Source: a virus
Virus record (IMG/VR): IMGVR_UViG_3300032173_000002
Coordinates: 36,373-100,372 of that record
DNA length: 64,000 bases
Strand: one strand, 5' to 3'
The notes below the pieces were generated by a model that did not search any database, had not been told where the DNA came from, and saw only the letters and a program-made list of their open reading frames with translations. The translations under genes were made by a program, and so were the position numbers. Positions 37,766-47,712 of the stretch are shown here, piece after piece. Each line of letters begins with the position of its first letter. Position 1 is the stretch's first letter.

Positions 37766-37805
37766 AACTATTTTCATTTATTTTCAACTATTTTCAACTA
37801 TTTTC
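37766..37805. repeat. Four tandem 10-mers (consensus AACTATTTTC) in the divergent control region
   Basis: AACTATTTTC ATTTATTTTC AACTATTTTC AACTATTTTC. Confidence 0.85.
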
Positions 37806-37877
37806 TTGTGTTTTCGCTTATACTCATATTTCATGCTCCAATCCTTGTCCGATTAGCCCAGAAAAGGGTTAAGATAA

Positions 37878-37896
37878 AAAAGGGGTTATAATAGAA
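37878..37896 (+). promoter_or_regulatory. Putative promoter motif AAAAGGGGTTATAATAGAA
   Basis: Related copies at 39720, 45902, 47083 and 55721, each shortly before an RBS. Confidence 0.55.
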
Positions 37897-37904
37897 GCAG
37901 GGAG

Positions 37905-38360
37905 GTGAACAGAATGGAGACAAGAAAGAGAAGAAAGTTCGACCTAAATAACAGCCCCCAGCCACAGCAAGAGCAAGATGCACCACCTTCTGCACCGGCT
38001 CCTCCCTATGATCGAGTTCTGATCCGGGGAGGGAAGTTAGCCTTCGCCGACGGCCACAAAGAGGATGTGCCAGGGTATCTTGCTCGTAAGACAAACTTGA
38101 AAATCTCCGGCGGACTATGGTGCTGGCATTGTGACCGATCCATAGGTGGCCACAAAGAGACAGGTTTCCCATGCGAGACTTGTGTCTTTGTCCGGTTTGT
38201 TCCGGGACAATATCCTCCAGGATTGGCTGATCAGATAAGGGTGACCCTCATCGTTGATGGGTGGACGAATTACTTCGCTATCTCTTCCTCTCAGGGTGAG
38301 TGGACAGTGTATCAAGTTTATGGTATCTCTAAACCCGTCAAAAAGGACCACGAGATATAG
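37905..38360 (+). CDS. Hypothetical protein
   Basis: CWHC...CETC; SD GGGAGG. Confidence 0.6.
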   Translation: MNRMETRKRRKFDLNNSPQPQQEQDAPPSAPAPPYDRVLIRGGKLAFADGHKEDVPGYLARKTNLKISGGLWCWHCDRSIGGHKETGFPCETCVFVRFVPGQYPPGLADQIRVTLIVDGWTNYFAISSSQGEWTVYQVYGISKPVKKDHEI

Positions 38361-39706
38361 AGACTAAAGTTTCTATAAAAATCATAGATCCTGTTCTCAC
38401 GCAAGTCGAACAAGGCGCTGCTCTAATCTCTCCTTGTCTGTCTTATCCAGCTTACTATTGGCGTCAGGGACCATACAGGCGGGAGAAAGTCAGATATACA
38501 AAGCACTTGATTCACAATAAGCACTTCTGGACGGGTCTGGTTCCTCGCGTAAAACGATTCTGCGACCAGCAGGGGCTACCTATCCAGGTGAAAGAGAGTA
38601 GCCCCCAGGACAAACTCCCTGCTACTTTCCCTCCCAAGATGATAGGAATCGCCCTGAGACCTGATCAGTTGGCCCTAATTGAGCGAGTAATCACCAACCT
38701 TCGTGGGGTGATCCATGCCCCGACAGGATCCGGGAAGACAGCGTTAGCAACGGGAGTAATCAAATGCTTCCCCGGTGCTAAAACTCTGTTTCTCTGTCAT
38801 ACAAAGACTCTGATAGATCAGACGGCTTCGATGTTTCGCGAGCAGGGCCTTGATGTCTCCCTGGTGGTAGAGGGAAAAATGAATCTCTCCGGGGAGGTGG
38901 TTGTAGCTACTCATCAATCTTTCTGTAAGATCAAAGATAAAACCCTTCCATTTCAGATTGTGATAGTAGATGAATGTCATCACTTGTCCAACCCTTCTGT
39001 TACCTATGCCGAAATACTCTCCAAGCTTCTTTCCCCTATCCGCATTGGACTTACTGCTACAGTTCCTTCCTCTCTTGAGTCTATACTGACTATGGAAGGG
39101 TTTCTTGGACCTGTGGTTGGTGAGCTAACTGTAGAGGAGGGGATTGACTTGGGGATTTTGGCAGCTCCTCGAATTCAGCTAATGAGGGTTCCGAAAGACC
39201 ATGAGGCATCCGATCTGAGGCGCTACTCGGATATTTATGATTGCTGTGTAGTTGAGAATGGAGCCAGGAATCGGCTGATAACAAGGATAGCCAGGGGGTT
39301 GGTCAAGAGTGGGAGATCAGTGCTTATTCTTGTAACCAAGATCGAGCATGGAAAGAGGCTGCTGGAAACCGGAGCAATGCTGGGATTAGAGATGGAGTTC
39401 ATTCAGGGAGCTACTGAGCGGGATGCGAGGATTCGTCTTCAATCCGCTTTACAGAACAAACGAATAAAGTGCGTGGTATCAACCGCAGTATGGAGGGAGG
39501 GAGTCAATATACCTTCTCTGGATTGTGTTATCAATGCCTGCGGAGGGAAGTCCGAGATTATGACTCTTCAGGCAATTGGAAGAGGGCTTCGCACCACAGA
39601 AGGTAAAAGAGATGTTCTTATTGTGGACTTCTTAGATCCCCACAGATATTTAGCGGAACATGCGATACAGCGCATCAGTCTCTATGTGGAGAATGGTTGG
39701 CTGTGA
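38357..39706 (+). CDS. SF2 DNA helicase (UvsW-like); possible ATA start
   Basis: PTGSGKT, DECHH, GLTAT, QAIGRGLR; frame open 50 codons upstream of the TTG at 38507. Confidence 0.85.
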   Translation: METKVSIKIIDPVLTQVEQGAALISPCLSYPAYYWRQGPYRREKVRYTKHLIHNKHFWTGLVPRVKRFCDQQGLPIQVKESSPQDKLPATFPPKMIGIALRPDQLALIERVITNLRGVIHAPTGSGKTALATGVIKCFPGAKTLFLCHTKTLIDQTASMFREQGLDVSLVVEGKMNLSGEVVVATHQSFCKIKDKTLPFQIVIVDECHHLSNPSVTYAEILSKLLSPIRIGLTATVPSSLESILTMEGFLGPVVGELTVEEGIDLGILAAPRIQLMRVPKDHEASDLRRYSDIYDCCVVENGARNRLITRIARGLVKSGRSVLILVTKIEHGKRLLETGAMLGLEMEFIQGATERDARIRLQSALQNKRIKCVVSTAVWREGVNIPSLDCVINACGGKSEIMTLQAIGRGLRTTEGKRDVLIVDFLDPHRYLAEHAIQRISLYVENGWL

Positions 39707-39768
39707 TTAGGGTGGGAATGGGGTTAAAATTAGAGTAGGGACAATAGACCGGAGAAAGGAGAAAAAAG

Positions 39769-40836
39769 ATGTTACAGGGAAAAACAATCCAGGAGTTAGC
39801 AGCTGAAGTACAAAGGAGGGAGGCGGAGAAGCGGGATTTTGTTACAGATACTCGTTTGATGGATGCTGTGGGAACCGCAGAGGAAACATCGGTACTTCTC
39901 CGGGTCTCTGATATTGACTACTGGGAGGAGTTTAGACCGACTCCTGTATTTCACCAGCAGGTATCCGATACTCTTGGAATACCAAAGAAGTATTATGATA
40001 GGATGATTCAAGAGGCCCCTGAACTTTGGGCTAAGAATGTGAATCACTGGCTGCATGAAGACCCAAAGAGGCGCATGGTGAGGACTCTGGGCGGGGATGC
40101 CAGAGCCTTCTTGTCTCCTCGGTATCGGAGACTGGACAACTTTGCTTTGATGGAGGCCGTCCTCCCCGTCTTGGCAAAGACAGATATGATAGTAAGATCT
40201 GCCGAGATTACCGAGTCCCGACTTTGGTTGAAGGTTAGCTTCCCCTCCAAACAGATGGAAGTCAAGAAAGGAGATATCATTGAAGTGGGCTTTGCTCTTT
40301 CCAATTCAGAGGTAGGACTGGGAGCGGTTAGAGTGGAGCCGTTGCTACTGAGATTGGTTTGTATGAACGGAGCTATTGTGAATGATGCTGCGATCAGGCA
40401 ACTCCATATTGGCCGAAGCACAGGCGGGGATTCCGATATTGTGGAGGAGCTTATCTCCGACCGAACAATGGCCTTGGAGGATGCTGCTTTCTGGAACAAG
40501 GTTAGAGATGTTGTAGTTGCGTTTCTTAAGGACGGAAGCAAGGACGCCTTGATGAGCCGCATTGAGCAAGCGATGGGTAGGGAAGTCAAGAAACCAGAAG
40601 CCTCTATTAAGGTTTTGGCAAAGACTCACGGCCTGGCGGACAAGGAGGCTGATTCAATCCTTGGTTATTTGGTTTCTGGCGGCGAGCTTTCCGCTTGGGG
40701 CCTGAGTCAAGCAGTATCCAGGTTTTCCCAGGATATTCCCAACTATGACAGGGCCACAGATCTGGAGTACTTGGCAGGGAATATCATTACCCTCCCTGCA
40801 AGGGACTGGAAAGTGTTGGAGGAGGCTATTGTATGA
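39769..40836 (+). CDS. DUF932-like protein
   Basis: RAFLS.RY..LDN, NSEVG, RLVCMNG motifs. Confidence 0.75.
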   Translation: MLQGKTIQELAAEVQRREAEKRDFVTDTRLMDAVGTAEETSVLLRVSDIDYWEEFRPTPVFHQQVSDTLGIPKKYYDRMIQEAPELWAKNVNHWLHEDPKRRMVRTLGGDARAFLSPRYRRLDNFALMEAVLPVLAKTDMIVRSAEITESRLWLKVSFPSKQMEVKKGDIIEVGFALSNSEVGLGAVRVEPLLLRLVCMNGAIVNDAAIRQLHIGRSTGGDSDIVEELISDRTMALEDAAFWNKVRDVVVAFLKDGSKDALMSRIEQAMGREVKKPEASIKVLAKTHGLADKEADSILGYLVSGGELSAWGLSQAVSRFSQDIPNYDRATDLEYLAGNIITLPARDWKVLEEAIV

Positions 40837-41060
40837 GAACCAGAATTCCAAAGACTCATAGAAGAGTAATGGAGCTATGGCCCACAGTAAATATCATTGA
40901 GGGAGAGGGGGAATTTGCTCTGTTGGATTGCGACCGGGTTAAGATCACCCTGTGGGAAACTTTGGAGGAGGCGGAGGAGGAGAAGGAGATCTTGGATAGG
41001 ATTAGCTGCGGGGCTTTCTGCTCCAGAAGACACGCAGTGAAAAGGATACCTATGGATTGA
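40833..41060 (+). CDS. Hypothetical protein
   Basis: ATGA overlap. Confidence 0.55.
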   Translation: MRTRIPKTHRRVMELWPTVNIIEGEGEFALLDCDRVKITLWETLEEAEEEKEILDRISCGAFCSRRHAVKRIPMD

Positions 41061-41076
41061 AAGAGGAGGTAGCTAA

Positions 41077-41553
41077 ATGGATCTCCAGGACTTAGAACAG
41101 CTTGCCAATTACATCATGGAGTATACAAAGAATACTCTTCTATCTACTGGATTTTTCAATCCCATCGGATTTGTAGTCAGAGATGATGGTAGGGTTACTG
41201 CTGTCCAGATTGCACCATTCGAGAGGTGGCAAACTTCCGCAATGCAAGACAGCTTCAAATTGATGGCTATATCTTTGCTGCCAGATGCGGTTTTGTTTGC
41301 TGCCGCTTCCCATCTTGTGATGTGCGAAGAAGAAGATGTACCTCTCACTCCATTAGAAGAAGACCCAAGGCATCTCAACGCACTCAGGGTGAGCGGAGTG
41401 TGTAGAGCTGGTGAATTTACCCTTCTCCAATCTTATACAGAGACCGACGGACATATAGTATTCTTGGAAGAGATGGAGATCAGGGATTCTGGAAATATCA
41501 GGAAGAGAAATGACTGGCTAGACGGCATTTTTCCGAGGCTATCCTCTAACTGA
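41077..41553 (+). CDS. Hypothetical protein
   Basis: SD GAGGAGG. Confidence 0.6.
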   Translation: MDLQDLEQLANYIMEYTKNTLLSTGFFNPIGFVVRDDGRVTAVQIAPFERWQTSAMQDSFKLMAISLLPDAVLFAAASHLVMCEEEDVPLTPLEEDPRHLNALRVSGVCRAGEFTLLQSYTETDGHIVFLEEMEIRDSGNIRKRNDWLDGIFPRLSSN

Positions 41554-41587
41554 GGAGATAAGCGACGGAAGACCATAAGGGGTTTTA

Positions 41588-42514
41588 TTGGGCGTGAGAT
41601 TAGACCGGTTTGATGTCGAAGCTTACCTACAAGACAGAGATGTTCCTTATCTCACCCAGGGGAAGAATGTAAGCAAGGGCTGGATAGAAATAAACTGTCC
41701 TTTTTGTGGGGATGATCCCTCCTTCCACCTGGGCATCAATCTCTCCTCAAAAAGACTCCATTGTTGGCGATGCGGGCACAGGGGCTCAGCGCTGGAGTTA
41801 ATCCGTGGTTGGGAGCGGTGCTCCTGGAATGAGGCGGAAGAGATATTGAAGCAATATCGGGCTGTTGTATTTGAAGATCAAGAGAAGGAGTCCGAAAATC
41901 AGACAGAGGAGAGAAAGAGGAATTTGTGTCTGCCGTCGGGGATAGTCGAAGAACTCCCGGATAGGCATAGAGCTTTTCTGGAACAAAAGGGCTTCGCTCA
42001 GCCAGACAGGATAGTTAGCGACTATCACCTACTGGCTTGCAATGAACTGGGAGAATACAAGTTCCGCATTATCATTCCCATCTATCAGAACGACTTGCTG
42101 GTAAACTATACCGGAAGGGCTGTGATAGAATGGATGACCCCTAAATACAAGACTTGCCCAAACTCCGAAGCGATTACTCCTCTGAAGCAATGTGTTTACA
42201 ATCTTCACTCTACCCAGGACTCTGCTCTCATTGTAGAAGGGCCGTTGGATGTTTGGAAGATAGGTTCTGGATCAGTTGCCCTGATGGGGATGGAGTGGTC
42301 TCTTCATCAAGTAGCAAAGATAGTAAATAGGGGTCTGAGGAGGATAGCTGTAATGTTCGATGGGGAGCAAGCTGCCAATAGGAAAGCCCATAAGCTTGCC
42401 CACTTCTTGGCAAGCTTTGTGTCTGAGGTTGAAGTGCTAGAGATAGAGAAGGGGAGCCCACATGATTTATCATCTGGGGAGGTGGAAGAGGTGAGAAGGG
42501 AGCTAAGCTTATAG
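41588..42514 (+). CDS. DNA primase (Zn finger + TOPRIM)
   Basis: CPFC...CWRC; IVEGPLD; FDGE. Confidence 0.85.
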   Translation: MGVRLDRFDVEAYLQDRDVPYLTQGKNVSKGWIEINCPFCGDDPSFHLGINLSSKRLHCWRCGHRGSALELIRGWERCSWNEAEEILKQYRAVVFEDQEKESENQTEERKRNLCLPSGIVEELPDRHRAFLEQKGFAQPDRIVSDYHLLACNELGEYKFRIIIPIYQNDLLVNYTGRAVIEWMTPKYKTCPNSEAITPLKQCVYNLHSTQDSALIVEGPLDVWKIGSGSVALMGMEWSLHQVAKIVNRGLRRIAVMFDGEQAANRKAHKLAHFLASFVSEVEVLEIEKGSPHDLSSGEVEEVRRELSL

Positions 42515-42841
42515 ATGGGTGATCGAGATAAGGTGTTAGGTGGAAAAACGGTAGAGATTCAAACTGGATGTGGTGCTCTTTATGTTACTATAAACTTTAA
42601 GGATGGTAAGCCTTTTGAGATATTTGCCCGGTTGGGAAAAGCCGGTGGATGTGCTATGGCCCAGATGGAAGCGATTGCCCGGATTTCTTCTGGATGGTTA
42701 CAAGGGGGTCTTAGCAGGGAGAAACTGATTAAGGCTCTCAGCGGGATATGTTGTAATAATCCTATTGGATTTGGGGAGGACCGAGTGCTCTCCTGCGCAG
42801 ATGCTATTGGGAAAGTCCTTTTGAAAGCTTGTGGTGAATGA
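42515..42841 (+). CDS. Stand-alone TSCPD domain (class II ribonucleotide reductase C-terminal domain)
   Basis: TGCG.LYVTIN...PFEIF...GKAGGC...SCADAI. Confidence 0.8.
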   Translation: MGDRDKVLGGKTVEIQTGCGALYVTINFKDGKPFEIFARLGKAGGCAMAQMEAIARISSGWLQGGLSREKLIKALSGICCNNPIGFGEDRVLSCADAIGKVLLKACGE

Positions 42842-42844
42842 GAT

Positions 42845-44233
42845 ATGGAAAAAGAAGAGATCAAGAAAATTCGTTCCCTTATGAAGGAGTACCACAATCG
42901 CCCAGTATTTGATGGGATAGTATCTTTGGTGGGTCTTGATTCGGCCTATCTGTTAAGTTATTTGATGTCCCTTTCAGCTGCCTTTGAATGTAGGGATAGG
43001 ATGGACGGTAGTGGATTTTTCTACAGAGCTATGGATGTAATAGAAGAGGAGACGACCTTCTCTCATTTCCAACAGCGACGGTGTTTCGATAAGCTGGTGA
43101 AAGCCGGACTAATTTCGATTAAGAGATCAAAGGTAAGTACAGGCCCTCTTGGAGATAAGGACCCCAGAAGAATTACTCACTTTCGGGTAGAAATAGACAG
43201 GGTCCTTTCGGTCTTGGATGACTACTCTACAGCATTGAGTCTCTCAAGGATGCAAGATAAAGAAACTTTAGGTTGTAACTTTAGAAAACTTAATGGTAAT
43301 AATAATAACGAATATAATAATACGAATAAATATGACGAAGGACTATTTTTCCTAAGAAGGAAAAATAGTAAGCACTTTCAGACAGAAAGTGCTGTTTCAT
43401 CACTCACTTCTTCTTTACCAGAAGGTAGTCCTCCTACTAAGAGTATCCGCGAGGCTATTCGTACTGATGGCTTGCCCACTTCTCCACGCAAAGGTTTTTC
43501 TATTAAAGTGTCCCCTATCATTCAGCAGCTAATAGACCATTGGAATGAACTGGGTCTCCGCAGACACCGGCCTAACTCTAAGGTGTTTGTTCAATCAGTA
43601 AAGACTCTACACAGTTTCCTCAGTGGGAAGTTCTTTACAAATTCATCTGAACCGGATCTCCAGGGAAGAGCCTTTACTCCGGATGAGATTTCCAGATCTA
43701 TTTTTGAGTTTTCTAAGGCTGCGCTTGATCCTGACTACTGGCCCAATGGAGTGTTCAAGGAGAAGTTCCGTGGACTCTCCTTGGGGGAGTTCCTATACAA
43801 TCCGCGATGGGATAAGGAGATGCGCAGTCCTTTCCTTATGTTTCTCAATCAGCCTGCTAAGCTTACTAAGGAAGCGATTAGGGAGAAAATTCCCTTGGTG
43901 GAGGATAAACATCCTAAAGTGTCTTCTGTATTGGTAGATTTTTGTAGAGAGCAGATTGGGAAAAAGTTGAACAATAGGGAGATCAACTGCTGTAGGCTCG
44001 GAGCGGAGCGGCTAGTCAAGTTCTTTGATAGGTTTATGTTCTATCTGAGTCAGAGATCACCGGAGGAGTTAGTGCATGACATGGTTGATGCAATTACTAG
44101 GGATATGGAGTCTACTGGTCACCACTTCTCCGCTGGGTGGCTCTGTTCTGACTATACCTTTGAGGTCCGCTTGCCTAAGCTCCTGGGTATAAATGTCCAC
44201 AGGAGGGAGAGAGCTATTGTGGAGGATGGATAA
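42845..44233 (+). CDS. Replication initiator-like protein (N-terminal winged helix)
   Basis: GFFY...IEEET.....QRR...L...GLI pattern; internal AT-rich linker; precedes the helicase. Confidence 0.55.
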   Translation: MEKEEIKKIRSLMKEYHNRPVFDGIVSLVGLDSAYLLSYLMSLSAAFECRDRMDGSGFFYRAMDVIEEETTFSHFQQRRCFDKLVKAGLISIKRSKVSTGPLGDKDPRRITHFRVEIDRVLSVLDDYSTALSLSRMQDKETLGCNFRKLNGNNNNEYNNTNKYDEGLFFLRRKNSKHFQTESAVSSLTSSLPEGSPPTKSIREAIRTDGLPTSPRKGFSIKVSPIIQQLIDHWNELGLRRHRPNSKVFVQSVKTLHSFLSGKFFTNSSEPDLQGRAFTPDEISRSIFEFSKAALDPDYWPNGVFKEKFRGLSLGEFLYNPRWDKEMRSPFLMFLNQPAKLTKEAIREKIPLVEDKHPKVSSVLVDFCREQIGKKLNNREINCCRLGAERLVKFFDRFMFYLSQRSPEELVHDMVDAITRDMESTGHHFSAGWLCSDYTFEVRLPKLLGINVHRRERAIVEDG

Positions 44234-44305
44234 TGCCTGATCTGGTGGTGGATAAGTATCTAAGAGTTGTTTCTTTTCTTGAGCGTGTATCTGTGGAGGG
44301 AATAG

Positions 44306-45883
44306 GTGCCAATTCTTCGTAAGGTAATAGATAACTCGATAGAAGAGAAGATACTCACTGGTCTCATTATATCTACCACTTATTGTAAGCAGGCCGTTCC
44401 GCTCCTCAAGCTGGAGTATTTTCAAGCCGAGCATTGTAAGCAGGTTGCCCGTTGGTGTCTGAGATATTTTCGACAGTATAGGGCGGCCCCAGGGAGACAC
44501 ATACAGGACCTGTTCGAGCAGAATAGAAACAAGATGACACCGGAGGCTGCTGGCCTACTGGAGGATTTCTTAGGCCGTCTATCTTCCGAGTATGAGCGTT
44601 CAGAAACTTACAATATTGAGTATCTGCTTGACCTTACTGTTCGGTATTCAAAAGAGCGGGCACTCAGCATTCTCAAGGAGGAGATTGAGGCTCTATTGGC
44701 GGAGGGCAAGACCGATGAGGCAGAAAGAGCGGCTCTGGAGTATAAACAGATTGAGCGTAGGTCTCTACCTATCGTGGATGTGTTTGATTCGGATACCGCT
44801 CGGCATCTCCTCTCTGAGGACGAGTCTCTTGGTGAGGAGATTATTGTCCTTCCTGGGTCCCTGGGGGAGATGATTGGCCCTTTTCGGCGGAATTCCTTGG
44901 TTGGGGTGATGGGGGTGATCAAGAGGGGCAAGAGCTTTCTGGTCCAAGAAGTGGCCACCATGGCTGCTTTGAAGGGATATAATGTTTTCTATGTGTCCCT
45001 GGAAATGGGTGATCGTTCAATTTCCAATCGGCTCTATCGGAGGTTGTCAGGTCGGGTTAAGTCTTCTTACAAGCTTCCTGTAGTCCTGTTTCCTGTTTTC
45101 GACTGTCAGCATAATCAGACCGGGGAGTGTTCCTCTGATAAGAGGGAGAATCAGGTGGGGTTAGCTGGGGTTCCATCTGATCCCAGCAGTTATTACCAGA
45201 ATCCGAAATACAAGTCTTGCACAGCTTGTCGGGGGGACCAGCCCGCAGGGAGCTTTGATCCTGCTCTGTGGTGGTATGAGGAGAAGGCTCGTTTTTTGGA
45301 TAATGCTGCGGTTCAGAAGTTCTTACGGGGGGCTGAGGTTCAGTATGGTGGACTGAAGGGAAGGTTTCGCTTGCTTTGTCAAGCTCGGCTGACCTTGGAA
45401 CAGATCGAGGGGTATTTGGATTGCTTGGAGGATACAGAGGGATTTGTGGCTGATGTGATTGTGGTAGATTACCCAGCTATTCTGTCCTGTGATAATAAGT
45501 CAGACAGTCGGTGGGAGCGACTGGATGAGATTTGGCAGAAGATGAAAGTGCTGGCTGGAGTAAAGCATTGCTTGGTATTAGCTCCAGTTCAGTCTAACCG
45601 TCGCGGGGCATCTCGCAGGAGTTTGTCTCCGATTGATGTTGCTGGTGACTGGGGTGTGATGGCCCATGTGGATACTGCCCTCTCTTTGAATCAGCTTCCT
45701 GCTGAGAAGAGGCTAGGGGCAGCAAGGGTGGGGATTGTTGCGGAAAGGAGCGGGGAGTTTGATATAGAGAAGGAGTGCTTGGTTTTACAGCAGTTGGACA
45801 CGGGACAAATGATCCTGGATTCGGAGGTGTTGGATTTTGGTGCCTCCTGGAGGAAGCGTTTGCGTGGGATGGAGGATTTTTAG
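44306..45883 (+). CDS. Replicative DnaB-like helicase
   Basis: GxxKxGKS, YVSLEM, VIVVDY, QSNR; Cys-rich insertion. Confidence 0.85.
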   Translation: MPILRKVIDNSIEEKILTGLIISTTYCKQAVPLLKLEYFQAEHCKQVARWCLRYFRQYRAAPGRHIQDLFEQNRNKMTPEAAGLLEDFLGRLSSEYERSETYNIEYLLDLTVRYSKERALSILKEEIEALLAEGKTDEAERAALEYKQIERRSLPIVDVFDSDTARHLLSEDESLGEEIIVLPGSLGEMIGPFRRNSLVGVMGVIKRGKSFLVQEVATMAALKGYNVFYVSLEMGDRSISNRLYRRLSGRVKSSYKLPVVLFPVFDCQHNQTGECSSDKRENQVGLAGVPSDPSSYYQNPKYKSCTACRGDQPAGSFDPALWWYEEKARFLDNAAVQKFLRGAEVQYGGLKGRFRLLCQARLTLEQIEGYLDCLEDTEGFVADVIVVDYPAILSCDNKSDSRWERLDEIWQKMKVLAGVKHCLVLAPVQSNRRGASRRSLSPIDVAGDWGVMAHVDTALSLNQLPAEKRLGAARVGIVAERSGEFDIEKECLVLQQLDTGQMILDSEVLDFGASWRKRLRGMEDF

Positions 45884-45933
45884 GATTTGTAAGGAGTGAC
45901 CGGGATATAATAGGAGAGGGAGGGAAGTTGGAT

Positions 45934-46308
45934 ATGATATCAGTGACGAAGATTTTTAGGTTTGAGTATGCTCATCGGTTGCCTTTTTACAATGGGGAGT
46001 GTAATCGGTTGCATGGACACTCCGGTAAGTTAGAGGTGGAAGTCACGGCTGATGGTCTTGTTGGTGGTGGGCATGACCGTGGGATGGTCGTGGATTTCCG
46101 AAAGTTGAGTGAACTGGTTGAGAAGGAAGTGATCCAGCTGCTGGATCATTCCTGCTTGAACGACTATAGTTCTAATCCTACCTGTGAGATTATGTTGAGT
46201 TGGATAGTAGACCGTTTGCGAGCTCCCTTGCGAGATGCTGGACTGGCTCTGGTATCTCTTAGGATGTGGGAGACGGAAACAACATTTGCTACTTGGAGGC
46301 CCGACTAG
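45934..46308 (+). CDS. queD: 6-carboxytetrahydropterin synthase
   Basis: FEYAHRL...C.RLHGHS...DF...LDH..LND...NPTCE...ET. Confidence 0.92.
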   Translation: MISVTKIFRFEYAHRLPFYNGECNRLHGHSGKLEVEVTADGLVGGGHDRGMVVDFRKLSELVEKEVIQLLDHSCLNDYSSNPTCEIMLSWIVDRLRAPLRDAGLALVSLRMWETETTFATWRPD

Positions 46309-47012
46309 TGAATAGAGTTAAGTTGGTAAGTATCTTTAACTCGGTTGAGGGGGAAGTGAACTATCGAGGACAGGGTACCCTTACTACATTTATTCGGTTT
46401 GCTGGGTGTATCCCTCCTTATTGTACCTATTGCGACACTCCCTGGTCGCAGGAGATGGGCTCATCCTATGCTATCGAGATGACGGTAGAGGAGGTATTGG
46501 CTAGCGTCAAGAAAATAGGTTGTCGGAGAGTCACTATTACCGGGGGGGAGCCTTTGCTTCAGATGGATGGGTTTTTGGAGCTATGTACTGAGTTATATCG
46601 TTGGAATGCGGAGATTTCTGTGGAAACAAGTGGCTTGGTGGATTTGCCTTCGAGAAGGTTAGGTGGGGTATATTGGGTCGTAGATTATAAGCTCTCTTCT
46701 TCTGGCCGCCCTGCAGAGCAGTTGAATAGGCTCGGTTTATTTGCTCGTCTTCGGTGTTGTGACTGGGTCAAGTTCGTTGTTTGTAGTGAGGGGGATTGCA
46801 ATCTGGCTTATGAGGTTGTCTGTGGGAGAGGTGGTTTGATGGAACTGGGGTGTGGGGCAAGGATGGCCTTGAGCCCAGTGTTTGGGAAATCCGGTTGGGG
46901 GCCAGCGGATGTGGTAAGCTGGATTCAGAGGAACAGGTTATGGGGGTTTTCCTTGAATCTCCAGGTACATAAGTTCATTTGGCCGGCAACGAAGCCTGGT
47001 GAGGAGCGTTAA
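46308..47012 (+). CDS. queE: 7-carboxy-7-deazaguanine synthase (radical SAM)
   Basis: SVEGE...FIRFAGC...CTYCDT, TGGEPL, LQVHK. Confidence 0.92.
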   Translation: MNRVKLVSIFNSVEGEVNYRGQGTLTTFIRFAGCIPPYCTYCDTPWSQEMGSSYAIEMTVEEVLASVKKIGCRRVTITGGEPLLQMDGFLELCTELYRWNAEISVETSGLVDLPSRRLGGVYWVVDYKLSSSGRPAEQLNRLGLFARLRCCDWVKFVVCSEGDCNLAYEVVCGRGGLMELGCGARMALSPVFGKSGWGPADVVSWIQRNRLWGFSLNLQVHKFIWPATKPGEER

Positions 47013-47151
47013 ATACTTGATTCTAAAAGGACAAAATTTTTGTCGGTTTTTTCCGTAAAAAGTAGTACTTAATGGCTGAAAAGGGATATAATAATAGTAG
47101 GAGGGTCTTAAAAGTCCCTCGAAACTTAACCTAATTAACAGGAGGAGGCGA

Positions 47152-47685
47152 ATGGAACGGAAAAGAGTGCTTGAAGCGGTAAAGATCCTGAATGAGAAGT
47201 TGGAGAAGAAGATCTCCTACTTTGTCAAGCAGGGGGAGCTTGAGAGGTTGTTTCTGGAGGCGATAGATGAAATGCCTGACAATGCCGCAAAGGCTCTCCC
47301 TGACGAGGTCAAGAAGGTGTATAATGACCTCATGGACGAAGCTGAAGGGGAGGTGGTTCCGATGACATCCGCGAAGTCGAATGCTAAGAAGAATGCCAAG
47401 GTCCCAAAGAAGCCCAAGACGGGGACCGAGACCAAGCGTGCCCCTGCTGCGGGTAGGGATAAGTTTGGTTTTAGGATTGGTAGTAAAGGCAACTTGTTTG
47501 TGGAGGCAGTTCTGGCGAAGCCCGGCATCACGATGGCTGAAGTCCAGCAGTTACCCTGGAATAAACGACATGCTACCTACTGGGGTTATGCCCATAAGTT
47601 GGCAGAGATGCGTTACCTCGTGAACGATGGGGGTAAGCTATCAATTTCGACCAGTCCGACCAGGGGGAAAAATGGCAAGTCGTAA
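47152..47685 (+). CDS. Basic, probably nucleoid / DNA-binding protein
   Basis: Lys/Ala-rich linker; own promoter-like motif and terminator. Confidence 0.55.
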   Translation: MERKRVLEAVKILNEKLEKKISYFVKQGELERLFLEAIDEMPDNAAKALPDEVKKVYNDLMDEAEGEVVPMTSAKSNAKKNAKVPKKPKTGTETKRAPAAGRDKFGFRIGSKGNLFVEAVLAKPGITMAEVQQLPWNKRHATYWGYAHKLAEMRYLVNDGGKLSISTSPTRGKNGKS

Positions 47686-47712
47686 GGTCGTGAGATGACG
47701 GTAGTGTGAACG

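Noticed and set aside
33834-37856. Plus-strand ORFs such as 35053-35436 and 36100-36858
   Set aside because: Minus-strand ORFs here have strong SDs and coupled stops/starts; the plus-strand ones are shadows.
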